IMG/VR virus record: IMGVR_UViG_3300017747_001382
Coordinates: 1-28,931 of that record
Source of the DNA: a virus
Taxonomy: Duplodnaviria; Caudoviricetes
DNA: 28,931 bases
Direction: 5' to 3' (one strand)
Shown: one piece after another, positions 7,234-15,826 of the stretch
How positions within the stretch are numbered: position 1 is the first letter of the stretch
How the letters are laid out: each line of letters begins with the position of its first letter
Position numbers and translations under genes: made by a program
The notes under the pieces: model-generated
The model's database searches: none
The model's input: the letters and a program-made list of their open reading frames with translations, nothing else
What the model was told of the DNA's origin: nothing

Positions 7234-9116
7234 TTGCCATACCTTCCCATGATTTTTGCTTCTACTTCTAATGGCAGACCTTCGGCCCATGCGGGCGGCG
7301 TGGTCATTATCTGTGCTAGCGTCGCCTTGGCTTCTTCGGGCCGATCAGACTCCAAAACAATTTCATCGTGAACATGCAGCACAACGTCATCAACACGGCG
7401 CAGAGCCTCACGTAAAAGATCATGGGCGGTCGCTTGTGTGACGTTCTCACAGGCCAACCCGCGCCAAAGTCTACCCCTAGGCCACTCTTTAGCATCTGCC
7501 GCAGGCTTCCAAGACGCCTTCGAATAGGAGATCGAACCATCTTCATCAAACTTGGCGTTGGGATAGCAAAGCACGCGGCCAGAAGGCAGAGCATACCAAA
7601 GGTGCTGCCCGTCGAACAGATATTTTACCCTACCAGCCTCAAAGACTTTATTCTTATTCCGCATTGCACGCGTGTAAGCTATTTCAAGATCGCACCAGAA
7701 CGGCAGCGCCCACGGGTTCGCGCGACGCCAGCCGTCCACCATAGTCCGTGCTTGTCTTTCTGGTAGGTTTACGCCATAGACGCGACCCATCGCCGCGAAC
7801 GCTCCGACGCCGCCGCCGAAGCCGCAGGCCAGCTCTTGCACCTTGCCGACCTGACGCTGATCTTTTGTTACTGCGTCATACGGCACCTTAAACGTGGCCG
7901 CTGCATTTACGATATACGCCTCAAGCCCGTCGCGGAATTGCTGTAACTTATCCTCACCACGGCCAGACAGCCACGGATTAACGCGGCCTTCGATGGCCGC
8001 CCAGTCAGCGACGACGAACTGTTTACCTTTCTCCGGTATTAGGGAGGGCCGTAGCATACCCCGCAGAACGTCTGTGACACGTCGTCCGTAACGAGGCACG
8101 ATGGCATGGCCGCGAACCATTGAATGTCGCACGGACTCCGGGTCATCGGCGCATTTACGTGTGAAGTTGTGGACTTGCGCACCATACGAGGAAGCACGCC
8201 CTGTGGCTGATCCTCCGGCGAAAACGAACGCACCGCGAACACGGCCATCGTCGCAAGCAAGATTAGCAAGGCGATCAAATTTAGCAACAGAAGACGCCCA
8301 AAGATCGTCCGCGCATTGTATGACTTCTCTGACATCGGGAGGCACCTCTTCAGGATCGTCTATGGCCAGAAGGTTTGCGCGGACGGTTTTGTCAATGGAG
8401 AACTTGTCGTCCCGCTCCATGAGCTTCCGCGCTGTCGGCCCCACCCGCTCTTGCACCCACAATCGCATTCTAGGACTTCTAACAGTCTGGATCTCACCGT
8501 TAGTGACTTCTTTAACCGTAGCCTCGATCTCTCGAACTTCGTCAGCCGCATACTTGACCGCCGCGCGGCATAGAGACTGATCGACAAGAACGCCACGATC
8601 ATTAATGCGCTCGTTAACATGATAGTCCTCTAATTCTTCGGCGGTCAGTCCCCGCATGGCTTTGCTGGCGGCGCGCATCGTTCGCACGTCTTGCTCGCAA
8701 TATTCGATCAGTTCTGGAATAAGGTCATCACGGAATGGAGGAATGCAGCAAGCACGAACAAGAGCAGCGCCACGATGGTCTTTGCGTATGTTAGTTCCGG
8801 CGAATCGTCCGACATCTTCTAGGCTCCCTGGCGCACAGTTCGCGCGCGCCTGCGCAGCGGTGCAGTAAAATTGCTCTAATGGTATGTTCATCTTGAGAAC
8901 ATGCCAAAAGATCAGTCGCTCAAACGCCGCGTTATGCGCACGAATCTGGCTCTTGATCGACGGCATAGGCTCGCCGGGACGCCATGTCTGCACAAGGCCG
9001 TCATCATAAGCGTAGGACATGCACAGCACTTGCGTCGAAGGATGACGGGCGTAATTATATACGCCCGCCGTCTTCAAGTCGCACTCAGATCGCGTTTCAA
9101 AATCCACCCACATCAT
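7230..9116 (-). CDS. Family A DNA polymerase with 3'-5' exonuclease (phage type, no 5' nuclease)
   Basis: ExoI DFET, ExoII AHNAAFE, ExoIII YCEQD; ATGRAS; motif A ADWAAIEGR; motif B RQVGKVQELACGFG; motif C VHDEIV. Confidence 0.95.
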   Translation of the reverse strand: MMWVDFETRSECDLKTAGVYNYARHPSTQVLCMSYAYDDGLVQTWRPGEPMPSIKSQIRAHNAAFERLIFWHVLKMNIPLEQFYCTAAQARANCAPGSLEDVGRFAGTNIRKDHRGAALVRACCIPPFRDDLIPELIEYCEQDVRTMRAASKAMRGLTAEELEDYHVNERINDRGVLVDQSLCRAAVKYAADEVREIEATVKEVTNGEIQTVRSPRMRLWVQERVGPTARKLMERDDKFSIDKTVRANLLAIDDPEEVPPDVREVIQCADDLWASSVAKFDRLANLACDDGRVRGAFVFAGGSATGRASSYGAQVHNFTRKCADDPESVRHSMVRGHAIVPRYGRRVTDVLRGMLRPSLIPEKGKQFVVADWAAIEGRVNPWLSGRGEDKLQQFRDGLEAYIVNAAATFKVPYDAVTKDQRQVGKVQELACGFGGGVGAFAAMGRVYGVNLPERQARTMVDGWRRANPWALPFWCDLEIAYTRAMRNKNKVFEAGRVKYLFDGQHLWYALPSGRVLCYPNAKFDEDGSISYSKASWKPAADAKEWPRGRLWRGLACENVTQATAHDLLREALRRVDDVVLHVHDEIVLESDRPEEAKATLAQIMTTPPAWAEGLPLEVEAKIMGRYGK

Positions 9117-9202
9117 TGACGTGTCTCAAGCCAGAACACGAACATGCCAGCGACCAGACCGAACCCAAAAAAGAATAGGTGCAGCGTCGAGTCCGTTATC
9201 AT
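9113..9202 (-). CDS. Small membrane peptide (29 aa)
   Basis: MITDSTLHLFFFGFGLVAGMFVFWLETRQ; ATGA coupling to the polymerase. Confidence 0.5.
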   Translation of the reverse strand: MITDSTLHLFFFGFGLVAGMFVFWLETRQ

Positions 9203-9213
9203 TTCAGCATACG

Positions 9214-9858
9214 TCACGATGTTAGCCCTCCGACGCTTGTGACCGTCGCGTTCATGCGCGCCGTTTGGATCAGCGGTTTGCCGTAAGGATCGGTCGGATC
9301 CTGCGCCAGCCATTGCACACTGACAGGGCCGACACCTTTAGCCATCCAGTAGCGCGCGCCGCCGCCCGGTTTGCCAGACCATGACTGAAGATAAGTGAAT
9401 ACGAGAACGTCCTTGTAGTTGCGGCCCTTGGCGACAAGGCTGCCGTCATCCGGCAACCAATATCCATAATCGAGCAACAGTTGTTCATATGCGACGATCT
9501 GAATGCCGCTTGCCATTGCTGGCGGCCACGATTGGAACGGCGACATTTTCGGCTTGTTGACGTAGCTGCCGCCGATCTCGACGTATTCGCCCCAGCCAAT
9601 CGGCGGGTTCATTACGACCTTCTTGCCGGGATAGTCGTCACGCCATTCTGCGACGCCGAAGCCCGGACGGTTCTGGTAATACCATGTGTCTTTCCACGTC
9701 AGGTGCGCGTCATAGTCGATGTAGATCATTGAATCGGTGCCCTTGTCATACGCGAACACTGACGTGATCGGCGGCATAGATCCGGTTGGGTCAACATAGT
9801 CAAACCGGCGCAGTTCGCTTGTATTGAAAAAAGGCCAGTAGTCAGGCACATAGATCAT
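9214..9858 (-). CDS. Hypothetical aromatic-rich beta protein (214 aa)
   Basis: GGAGAG SD and ATGA coupling; W/Y-rich; C-terminal YWMAKGVGPV motif. Confidence 0.8.
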   Translation of the reverse strand: MIYVPDYWPFFNTSELRRFDYVDPTGSMPPITSVFAYDKGTDSMIYIDYDAHLTWKDTWYYQNRPGFGVAEWRDDYPGKKVVMNPPIGWGEYVEIGGSYVNKPKMSPFQSWPPAMASGIQIVAYEQLLLDYGYWLPDDGSLVAKGRNYKDVLVFTYLQSWSGKPGGGARYWMAKGVGPVSVQWLAQDPTDPYGKPLIQTARMNATVTSVGGLTS

Positions 9859-10193
9859 TTCGTCTCTCCATAGCTGTGTCGGGCGGCGCGTATGCTGTCC
9901 ACCGACAAAAGCGGCTCGTCGTGTTCTTTGTCGTCAAGCCAGCCCAAGGCGTTATCCAGCAAGTCCCGAAGCCGCGCGTTCTCAGCCCGCAAGTCCGTCA
10001 CCGCCTCTGAATTAGCGATGGCGTCATTCCAGCCTTCGACGTATCTTTCTTCAATCAGCCGCGCGTTCTCAGCCCGCAGGGCTTCGATAGTGTTGGCGGC
10101 TTCCCATTCAAGCCGATGCGTGTGGGCAGCTTCCATAGTCTCGCCACAAAGACGTAAAGCCATTTCTTGTAGTCGATAAACAATGTCTTTCAT
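9855..10193 (-). CDS. Coiled-coil cassette protein 6 (Ead/Ea22-like style)
   Basis: MKDIVYRLQ...EAANTIEALRAENARL...DLRAENARL...RAAR; start from the ATGA overlap at 10190-10193. Confidence 0.75.
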   Translation of the reverse strand: MKDIVYRLQEMALRLCGETMEAAHTHRLEWEAANTIEALRAENARLIEERYVEGWNDAIANSEAVTDLRAENARLRDLLDNALGWLDDKEHDEPLLSVDSIRAARHSYGETK

Positions 10194-10555
10194 TCCGCAT
10201 CCTCCATCATCGCGCGAGCAACAATCACCCAAGCAGGATGTCTGTTCTTGTATCGTTGCTGGCGGTGCGCCCAATATTCTAGGGCAAGTTTAAGCACATG
10301 TTGTAGTTTGGCGTTCTCAGCCTTGCAGTCCTTCAATTCCGCGCTGTCAGCAAACACAGCCGTCTTTACCGCGCGTTTCAATTCAGCGGTTTCTTGCTTC
10401 AAATCTTCACGCTCTGCGATGCACTCGGCGTAATATGTGTTGGTGTCAGAAAGCAGCTTCATCAGCCGCGCGTTCTCGGCCCGCAGGGCTTCTTCAAAAA
10501 TTGTTGAGCGCAAGGTCGGGTTTGCGCGCAGCCGTGCGATTAAATCGTCAGTCAT
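10190..10555 (-). CDS. Coiled-coil cassette protein 5
   Basis: MTDDLIARLR...EALRAENARL...KAENAKL...ARAMMEDAE; ATGACTGA overlap. Confidence 0.75.
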   Translation of the reverse strand: MTDDLIARLRANPTLRSTIFEEALRAENARLMKLLSDTNTYYAECIAEREDLKQETAELKRAVKTAVFADSAELKDCKAENAKLQHVLKLALEYWAHRQQRYKNRHPAWVIVARAMMEDAE

Positions 10556-10850
10556 TCTTCTCTCCTAAAGCGTCGCGGATTAACAATACTGCTTCCTCAT
10601 GCCCATCACGGCAGTAAACGATTTGCTTTCCCGGATGACCAATACGACGTAAAAGGGCTTCGGTTTTCGCGATACGCGCGGTAGCTTTGATTGCTTCGTC
10701 CCGCCAGCCGTTGAACATTTCTTCAAGGTGAGTAATCAGCGAACGCAACCGTGCAATCTCATCAGCAGCTACCTCGCTTTCATCAAGTCCCAGCTTATCA
10801 GCGGTGCGGCACAGTTCCGCAACAATGTCCTTTGTGTAGTAGCGGGTCAT
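10548..10850 (-). CDS. Coiled-coil cassette protein 4
   Basis: KDIVAEL...AADEIARLR...RDALGEKND. Confidence 0.75.
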   Translation of the reverse strand: MTRYYTKDIVAELCRTADKLGLDESEVAADEIARLRSLITHLEEMFNGWRDEAIKATARIAKTEALLRRIGHPGKQIVYCRDGHEEAVLLIRDALGEKND

Positions 10851-11176
10851 TTGTTCTCTCCCAAAGCGGCGCTGGTGATGTCTTGGTTTACTGACAAAAC
10901 ATCAGCCGTTCGGCGGTCATGTTCAAGCGACATATTCCACCTTCCTTGGTTTTGCGTCATCAAAAGCCCAGTTCTTCGGTGAACCTCTTTCAGCGCCGCT
11001 TCAAGCGCCGCGATGCGGGCGTCTTTTTCGTTTACAGCCAGCACCAGACTATTTGACACTTCCATGTAATGCGCCGCAGCCACTCTTAGGTCTGCAATCA
11101 TTTCGTCCTTCGCCTCTAATGCGTCGGCGGAGGCTTCATAACCATCGTTGTATCCGGCGTCGTAGTCCTCAGTCAT
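10847..11176 (-). CDS. Coiled-coil cassette protein 3
   Basis: MTEDYDAGYNDGY...KDARIAALEAALK...AALGENK; start ATG 11176 from the ATGACTGA overlap and GGAGG SD. Confidence 0.75.
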   Translation of the reverse strand: MTEDYDAGYNDGYEASADALEAKDEMIADLRVAAAHYMEVSNSLVLAVNEKDARIAALEAALKEVHRRTGLLMTQNQGRWNMSLEHDRRTADVLSVNQDITSAALGENK

Positions 11177-11651
11177 CCTTACCCTCCATCGCCGCGCGGG
11201 CAGCGCGTAGGTCAGCCAATGCGTCAACGCATGATTTGTATTCTGTCGGAAGCGTTTCAGGGATAGCCTCGTCGCAACCTTCAAGCAGCATCCACGAAAG
11301 CGCTGCGTCGGCTTTGTCTAGCGCCGCCTCAAGCCGAGTAATGCGGGCGTTTGCCTCCGCCAATTCCTGCAAAACAGCAGCGCGCGCATTCAACCAATGG
11401 TTGCCAGCCAAGATTTCTGCCTCAAGCTGTTCGATACGAGAGCGTAAGCAGATAACTTCGTCTATAGCGTCCTTCAGCATCTTCTCTGGAACAGGAGTTA
11501 ATCGGGCGCTGTTGTATTGTTCTGCGATTTCCGCGATGCGGTCGGCTTGTTCTTCAATGGCATTTGCGGCTTCAATGAGTTTCGGACGAAACGAAACAAC
11601 ACCAATAGCATTATCGCGAAGCCAGTTTACAAGGTCTGTGTAGTCAGTCAT
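11169..11651 (-). CDS. Coiled-coil cassette protein 2
   Basis: MTDYTDLVNWLRD...EAANAIEEQADRIAE...ARITRLEAAL...ARAAMEGKDD; start ATG 11651. Confidence 0.75.
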   Translation of the reverse strand: MTDYTDLVNWLRDNAIGVVSFRPKLIEAANAIEEQADRIAEIAEQYNSARLTPVPEKMLKDAIDEVICLRSRIEQLEAEILAGNHWLNARAAVLQELAEANARITRLEAALDKADAALSWMLLEGCDEAIPETLPTEYKSCVDALADLRAARAAMEGKDD

Positions 11652-11880
11652 CTTTCCCCTCCCTCGCCGCGCGGGCCTTGCGTAAGCGAAACAAAAGCGC
11701 CATACGCCGGCTTCCAATATGTTCGATAGCTTCATCAAGAGCCGCCTCAAGCGCCGCGATGCGAACGTCCTGCTTGTGCATGTGGTCCATGACACGAGTG
11801 CATAGGCCCGCTTCTTCCGTGTAGCCCTTGGCGTCGAGCCAGTCGCCTAGCAGGTCAAGGCCGCCTGTGATGTCAGTCAT
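11644..11880 (-). CDS. Coiled-coil cassette protein 1
   Basis: MTDITGGL...QDVRIAALEAAL...ARAAREGKDD. Confidence 0.75.
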   Translation of the reverse strand: MTDITGGLDLLGDWLDAKGYTEEAGLCTRVMDHMHKQDVRIAALEAALDEAIEHIGSRRMALLFRLRKARAAREGKDD

Positions 11881-12484
11881 TTTTCCCCTCCGCTAACGCT
11901 TTAGCCATGCCCATCTTTCGCCGGACGCGCTTGTCGTAATGCCGCACGGCGTCCGTAGACTTGTCCATAAGCCGCGCTATTTCGTGCGTCGCGAGGCCTC
12001 GTTGCTTATAATCAAAATAGGTCTGTTCCAGTTCGGTCAGATCAGTCACCGGGCCTTTGAGCTTACGCGGCGCAGGAACATGCGTCGCCTTTACCGGCGA
12101 CAACGGATAGCCCGCCATTCCTTGCTTAACGAAATAAATCACCGTTGTGTGGTCTTTATTTATAGACCTGGCGATCTTGCTGTAGCTGCAATTCGTTTCT
12201 TCTTTGGCGCGCACGCAGTAGACACGCCGAGCTTGCACAATATGCTTACGGCTGTCTGTGCCGACAATATCTATCGGCACGACCTTATGCTCTTTGCACA
12301 CCTCAAGCATGATCTGACGCAACGGAAGCGGCATATTCGCCACGCCCTGAAAACTCACAACCTTCTCTGCTACCGGAACCGGCGCGGGAAATATTTGCCG
12401 AGGATGGCAAAGCGGTTCAAGTTTTTTAGGCTTTAGTTTAGCGCGACGACGATCATCGCCCGCGTAAGGAAATAGATATGCCAT
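11873..12484 (-). CDS. DnaA domain IV-like plus LuxR/sigma4-like double-HTH protein
   Basis: IMLEVCKEHKV...SRKHIVQARR...TNCSYSKIARSINKDHTTVIY (DnaA-IV), then LTELE...GLATHEIARLMDKSTDAVRHYDKRVRRKMG (LuxR-type HTH). Confidence 0.8.
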   Translation of the reverse strand: MAYLFPYAGDDRRRAKLKPKKLEPLCHPRQIFPAPVPVAEKVVSFQGVANMPLPLRQIMLEVCKEHKVVPIDIVGTDSRKHIVQARRVYCVRAKEETNCSYSKIARSINKDHTTVIYFVKQGMAGYPLSPVKATHVPAPRKLKGPVTDLTELEQTYFDYKQRGLATHEIARLMDKSTDAVRHYDKRVRRKMGMAKALAEGKND

Positions 12485-12486
12485 CG

Positions 12487-12512
12487 AAAAAGAACGGGGG
12501 TTTTCCCCCCCG
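12487..12512 (-). terminator. Rho-independent terminator after the SSB-like gene
   Basis: Minus strand CGGGGG-GAAAA-CCCCCG then TTCTTTTT, following a triple stop TGA TAA TAG. Confidence 0.65.
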
Positions 12513-12523
12513 CCTCCCTATTA

Positions 12524-13150
12524 TCAGCCGCGACGACGACGGCCAGTGTCACCAGCAGAGCCATCGACCGATTCGGCCGGCGCACCGTCGAGCGAGATCC
12601 AGTCGATCACGTCGAACACCGGAGTGTAAACGCGACCGTAGGACTTATGCTGATAATATTCCGAGCCGAGCTTCACAACGGCCACCGGCGCGTCCTGATT
12701 CTTCTCGACCTGATCGGCAACCTTCATGGCGAGCGCGTGCATCGAACGCTTACCGCCAACGGACGTGACCGTATAGCGCGCTTCCGTGCCAGCGTCCTCG
12801 CCGTCGAGGCACTTGACGCTCATGCCGACCTGGGGCTCCCAACCGCGCTTCGCGCCGGGCGGGGCCACGTCCAGTTCGGGAAGAGGCTCCGTAATGGACA
12901 CCATCTTCTCGCCAAGCACTTCGCCTTCGCCCCACGCGATGAAACCGTGAACGAAGCTGAACGGATTAACCGCCCAACGTCCGTCTTTGTCGATCTCAGT
13001 CTGATCCGCGCCGTAAACCCAATGGCCGGTCTTATCCATTTTCAGGATGACCGAACCGACACTGTTGTTAGTGTCAAGTTTACGCAGCGAATCAGCCAGA
13101 GACGCAGCGGTGGGGAGATTGGCGTTGCCGAACTTTACAATATTAGACAT
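12524..13150 (-). CDS. Putative single-stranded DNA-binding protein
   Basis: Lies between the DUF2800 nuclease and PolA; aromatic beta-rich core (GHWVYG, FVHGFIAW, YQHKSYGRVYTPVF), flexible tail and its own terminator. Function inferred from synteny. Confidence 0.6.
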   Translation of the reverse strand: MSNIVKFGNANLPTAASLADSLRKLDTNNSVGSVILKMDKTGHWVYGADQTEIDKDGRWAVNPFSFVHGFIAWGEGEVLGEKMVSITEPLPELDVAPPGAKRGWEPQVGMSVKCLDGEDAGTEARYTVTSVGGKRSMHALAMKVADQVEKNQDAPVAVVKLGSEYYQHKSYGRVYTPVFDVIDWISLDGAPAESVDGSAGDTGRRRRG

Positions 13151-14232
13151 TACTTTACCTCAAGTTTAGAGAAGGCAGAACGAATGTTCTTGCCTATCGT
13201 AAGCACGGCAGGACGGGGATCACTCTCCGGCGCTATCGTGTTACCTGTTGAGACGGCGACAACTAACTCCGGGGGTAGCTTTTTAATAATCTTCTCTACC
13301 TGCGCCGGCGACTTTAACGTCGTCACCATCAATTCCGAATTATCCAATCCCATTTGTTCAAGAGCTTCTCGCGCCGCTTCAGCATCAACCCATTGGCGAG
13401 TGGGGCGCTTGGGGACAAGTTTCCATCCCGGCACCGGCGCATTGTTTTCCAGCATTGTCTGGGCCAGTTCACGGACGCTTTTAGCCCATTCTTCCGCAAG
13501 GATCGCAAACGCCAAAGCATTGCCAACTTTCTCCGGGTCTATACCTTTGATCTTCGTCGCAACCGCGCGCTCTAGCTGACCCGTCAGCAAAGGGCAGACA
13601 GGCTTGCCAGCACACCAGCGACAATGATCGCCAGCCGCGAACGGCGCGTTAGGTTTGAACGACGCTTGCACGGCGTCATACAGCGTGCGCTCGAACGCTT
13701 TAATGCGACCGGGCGTCGTCATCCAGCGCTTCACGTAAGGCGGCTGCACGATGATAAGTTCGATCTCGTCAACGCCTTCAAACACCCAGCGCAGTTCTTC
13801 TGTCCGCATCCCTGCGGCGCAATAGAACATAAGCTGTTCGTTATCTTCGGCGTCTACCGGAACGCCATCCCCGAACTTCCAGTCGAGGATTATCGCACGA
13901 TTGCGAATACGGCCAGCGAGATCGCAAGAACCGTAAACTCCGGCAAGAAAGTCGTTAAAATGGACATTCACCTCCGTGGCGAACTCAAGCTCATTATTAG
14001 GGTCGATCTGATTTAATGAGTCAAGTGCAAGGATTAACTTCTCATTGTCAGGGTAGTCCTCGACGCTGCCGCCATGCGACAAGATCATGTGCATCGCGTC
14101 GTGAAGGCGCGAGCCTTCTTCGGCATACTTAGAACTAGCTTTCTCTGGGACTGTGTTGACTAACGCCCGCGAGCCGGGGCAGTTAATCAGTCGCTTGGCG
14201 GTCGAACCGCCGACGATGTTGCTGTGTGCCAT
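13150..14232 (-). CDS. DUF2800 / Cas4-like PD-(D/E)XK exonuclease
   Basis: HSNIVGGSTAKRLINCPGS, EEGSRLH, YGSCD, ILDWKFG, NEQLMFY, GDHCRWCAGKPVCP (1+3 Cys). Start ATG 14232. Confidence 0.88.
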   Translation of the reverse strand: MAHSNIVGGSTAKRLINCPGSRALVNTVPEKASSKYAEEGSRLHDAMHMILSHGGSVEDYPDNEKLILALDSLNQIDPNNELEFATEVNVHFNDFLAGVYGSCDLAGRIRNRAIILDWKFGDGVPVDAEDNEQLMFYCAAGMRTEELRWVFEGVDEIELIIVQPPYVKRWMTTPGRIKAFERTLYDAVQASFKPNAPFAAGDHCRWCAGKPVCPLLTGQLERAVATKIKGIDPEKVGNALAFAILAEEWAKSVRELAQTMLENNAPVPGWKLVPKRPTRQWVDAEAAREALEQMGLDNSELMVTTLKSPAQVEKIIKKLPPELVVAVSTGNTIAPESDPRPAVLTIGKNIRSAFSKLEVK

Positions 14233-14254
14233 TACATTACCTTTCAGTGATTCG

Positions 14255-14284
14255 ACACTAGACAATTTGTTGCGGGTATGTCAA
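14255..14284 (-). promoter_or_regulatory. sigma70-like promoter of the replication operon
   Basis: Minus strand TTGACA (14284-14279), 18 nt, TAGTGT (14260-14255), within the 62-bp divergent gap. Confidence 0.55.
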
Positions 14285-14294
14285 GAGATCTTTT

Positions 14295-14612
14295 ATGCTT
14301 GAGAAAGACATCGAAAAATATTTCATGCGCCGCGTCGCACAGGTGGGCGGTCGAGCCTACAAGTTCGTGTCGCCATCGAATCGCGGCGTCAGCGACCGTG
14401 TGGTCTGTCTGCCTGACGGCACGACGCACTTCATAGAGCTGAAGCGCCCTGGCGGCAAACTCAGCGCGTTACAACGACAATTTGCAATCGAGATGATGAC
14501 GCTAAGTCAGAGTTACGATTGCCTTTGGTCTAAAGAAGAAGTGGACAAATGGATTTACGCCCATACCAACACGCCGCCGCCGATTTCCTCTTCGCCCATG
14601 ATCGGGCAATGA
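14295..14612 (+). CDS. VRR-NUC domain nuclease (Holliday-junction resolvase-like)
   Basis: MLEKDIE...YKFVSPSNRGVSDR...FIELKRPGGKLSALQ. Confidence 0.9.
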   Translation: MLEKDIEKYFMRRVAQVGGRAYKFVSPSNRGVSDRVVCLPDGTTHFIELKRPGGKLSALQRQFAIEMMTLSQSYDCLWSKEEVDKWIYAHTNTPPPISSSPMIGQ

Positions 14613-15826
14613 TCCTTGCGCCAGTCGGCGCGGGTAAGACAGCGATAACACTGACGGCGATGTCGGACATGACCGCTAAAGGTCATTGCGACCGTTGGCT
14701 TGTGCTTGCGCCGAAGCGCGTTTGTTTGTCGGTCTGGCCGGTTGAAGTTAAAAAATGGGCCGAACACATGAGCATGACCGTGGCTGTCGGCACACCGGCG
14801 CAACGTAAAGCCGCGTTTGCCGCCGATGTCGACGTGGTTGTAACCAATTACGATAACATCCCGTCGATTGACCCGAAAAACTTTGACGGCATTGTATTCG
14901 ACGAGCTGACGCGGCTAAAAAATCCCAGCGGCAAACGGTTTAAGCATCTGTTAAAAATCCTCGACCAGTTCAAGATCCGATGGGGATTGACAGGATCGTT
15001 TACGTCGAACGGCCTAGAGGACGTGTTCGGTCAATGCAAAGTCGTCGATCAGACGCTGCTGGGTAGGTCTAAAGGCGCGTTCCTGCAGCAATATTTTTAC
15101 TGCGTCAACCGCGACTATGGCCAGTGGGAACCGCTGCCGGCGGCGCTGCCAAAAGTCATGGAAGCGATCAAGCCCGCGACCTACGTGCTAGAGCCTGGCG
15201 AGTATAAGGATAAGCTGCCGCCGCTCCATGTCGTGCAGATCCGTTGCGATCTTGAAGACCGCGAGCCTTACGAGAACATGAAGAAGGAATATGTGCATGA
15301 AGAGATCACCGCTCCGGCAGCGGCTGCTGTCACAAACAAACTTCAGCAGCTCACCTCCGGCTTTGCTTATGATAGCCAAGGCGTTGCTAAGTGGTATGGA
15401 CGCCAAAAGTTTGAATCTCTCCGAGACATCATCGACGAAAACCAACGAGACAACACCATCGTCGTCTACAATTACAAAGAAGAACTAGCCGAGCTTCAGC
15501 GCCAGTTTAACGTCAGCACGATTGACGAGCCTGACGCGGTTGAACGCTGGAACGCCGGCAAGATCCCGCTGCTGGCGATCCACCCCAAAAGCGCCGGTCA
15601 TGGGCTCAATCTACAGTTTGGCGGCAACAAGATCATTTTCCTGTCGCTGCCGTGGTCGCTTGAGCTGTTTGAGCAAACCGTGGGCCGGCTGCACCGCAGC
15701 GGGCAGACGCGCGACGTATGGTGTTACGTCGTCATGTGTAATAAAACTATTGACCAAAGAATCTTTGACGCGCTATATGACAAGAAAGTATTAGCCGATG
15801 TGGCGTTGGAAGAATTGAAATGTTAA
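14549..15826 (+). CDS. SNF2-family (SF2) helicase
   Basis: LRPYQ, APVGAGKT, LAPKRV, VFDELT, LTGS, SAGHGLNLQ, QTVGRLHRSGQ. Confidence 0.92.
   Translation: MDLRPYQHAAADFLFAHDRAMILAPVGAGKTAITLTAMSDMTAKGHCDRWLVLAPKRVCLSVWPVEVKKWAEHMSMTVAVGTPAQRKAAFAADVDVVVTNYDNIPSIDPKNFDGIVFDELTRLKNPSGKRFKHLLKILDQFKIRWGLTGSFTSNGLEDVFGQCKVVDQTLLGRSKGAFLQQYFYCVNRDYGQWEPLPAALPKVMEAIKPATYVLEPGEYKDKLPPLHVVQIRCDLEDREPYENMKKEYVHEEITAPAAAAVTNKLQQLTSGFAYDSQGVAKWYGRQKFESLRDIIDENQRDNTIVVYNYKEELAELQRQFNVSTIDEPDAVERWNAGKIPLLAIHPKSAGHGLNLQFGGNKIIFLSLPWSLELFEQTVGRLHRSGQTRDVWCYVVMCNKTIDQRIFDALYDKKVLADVALEELKC

Noticed and set aside
7234-7290. Extended N-termini in the ORF track (also 10194-10274, 11177-11284, 11652-11795, 14233-14265)
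   Set aside because: Downstream ATGs with SD or stop-start coupling are better starts, and most extensions overlap upstream genes.
12647-13579. 310-aa plus-strand ORF and similar antisense ORFs (e.g. 11053-11643, 18479-19027, 19-844)
   Set aside because: These are shadows of well-supported minus-strand genes in GC-rich DNA, with no SD or recognisable motifs.
13150-14232. Cas4 as part of a CRISPR-Cas system
   Set aside because: It is a stand-alone DUF2800-type nuclease in the usual phage replication context, with no other cas genes.
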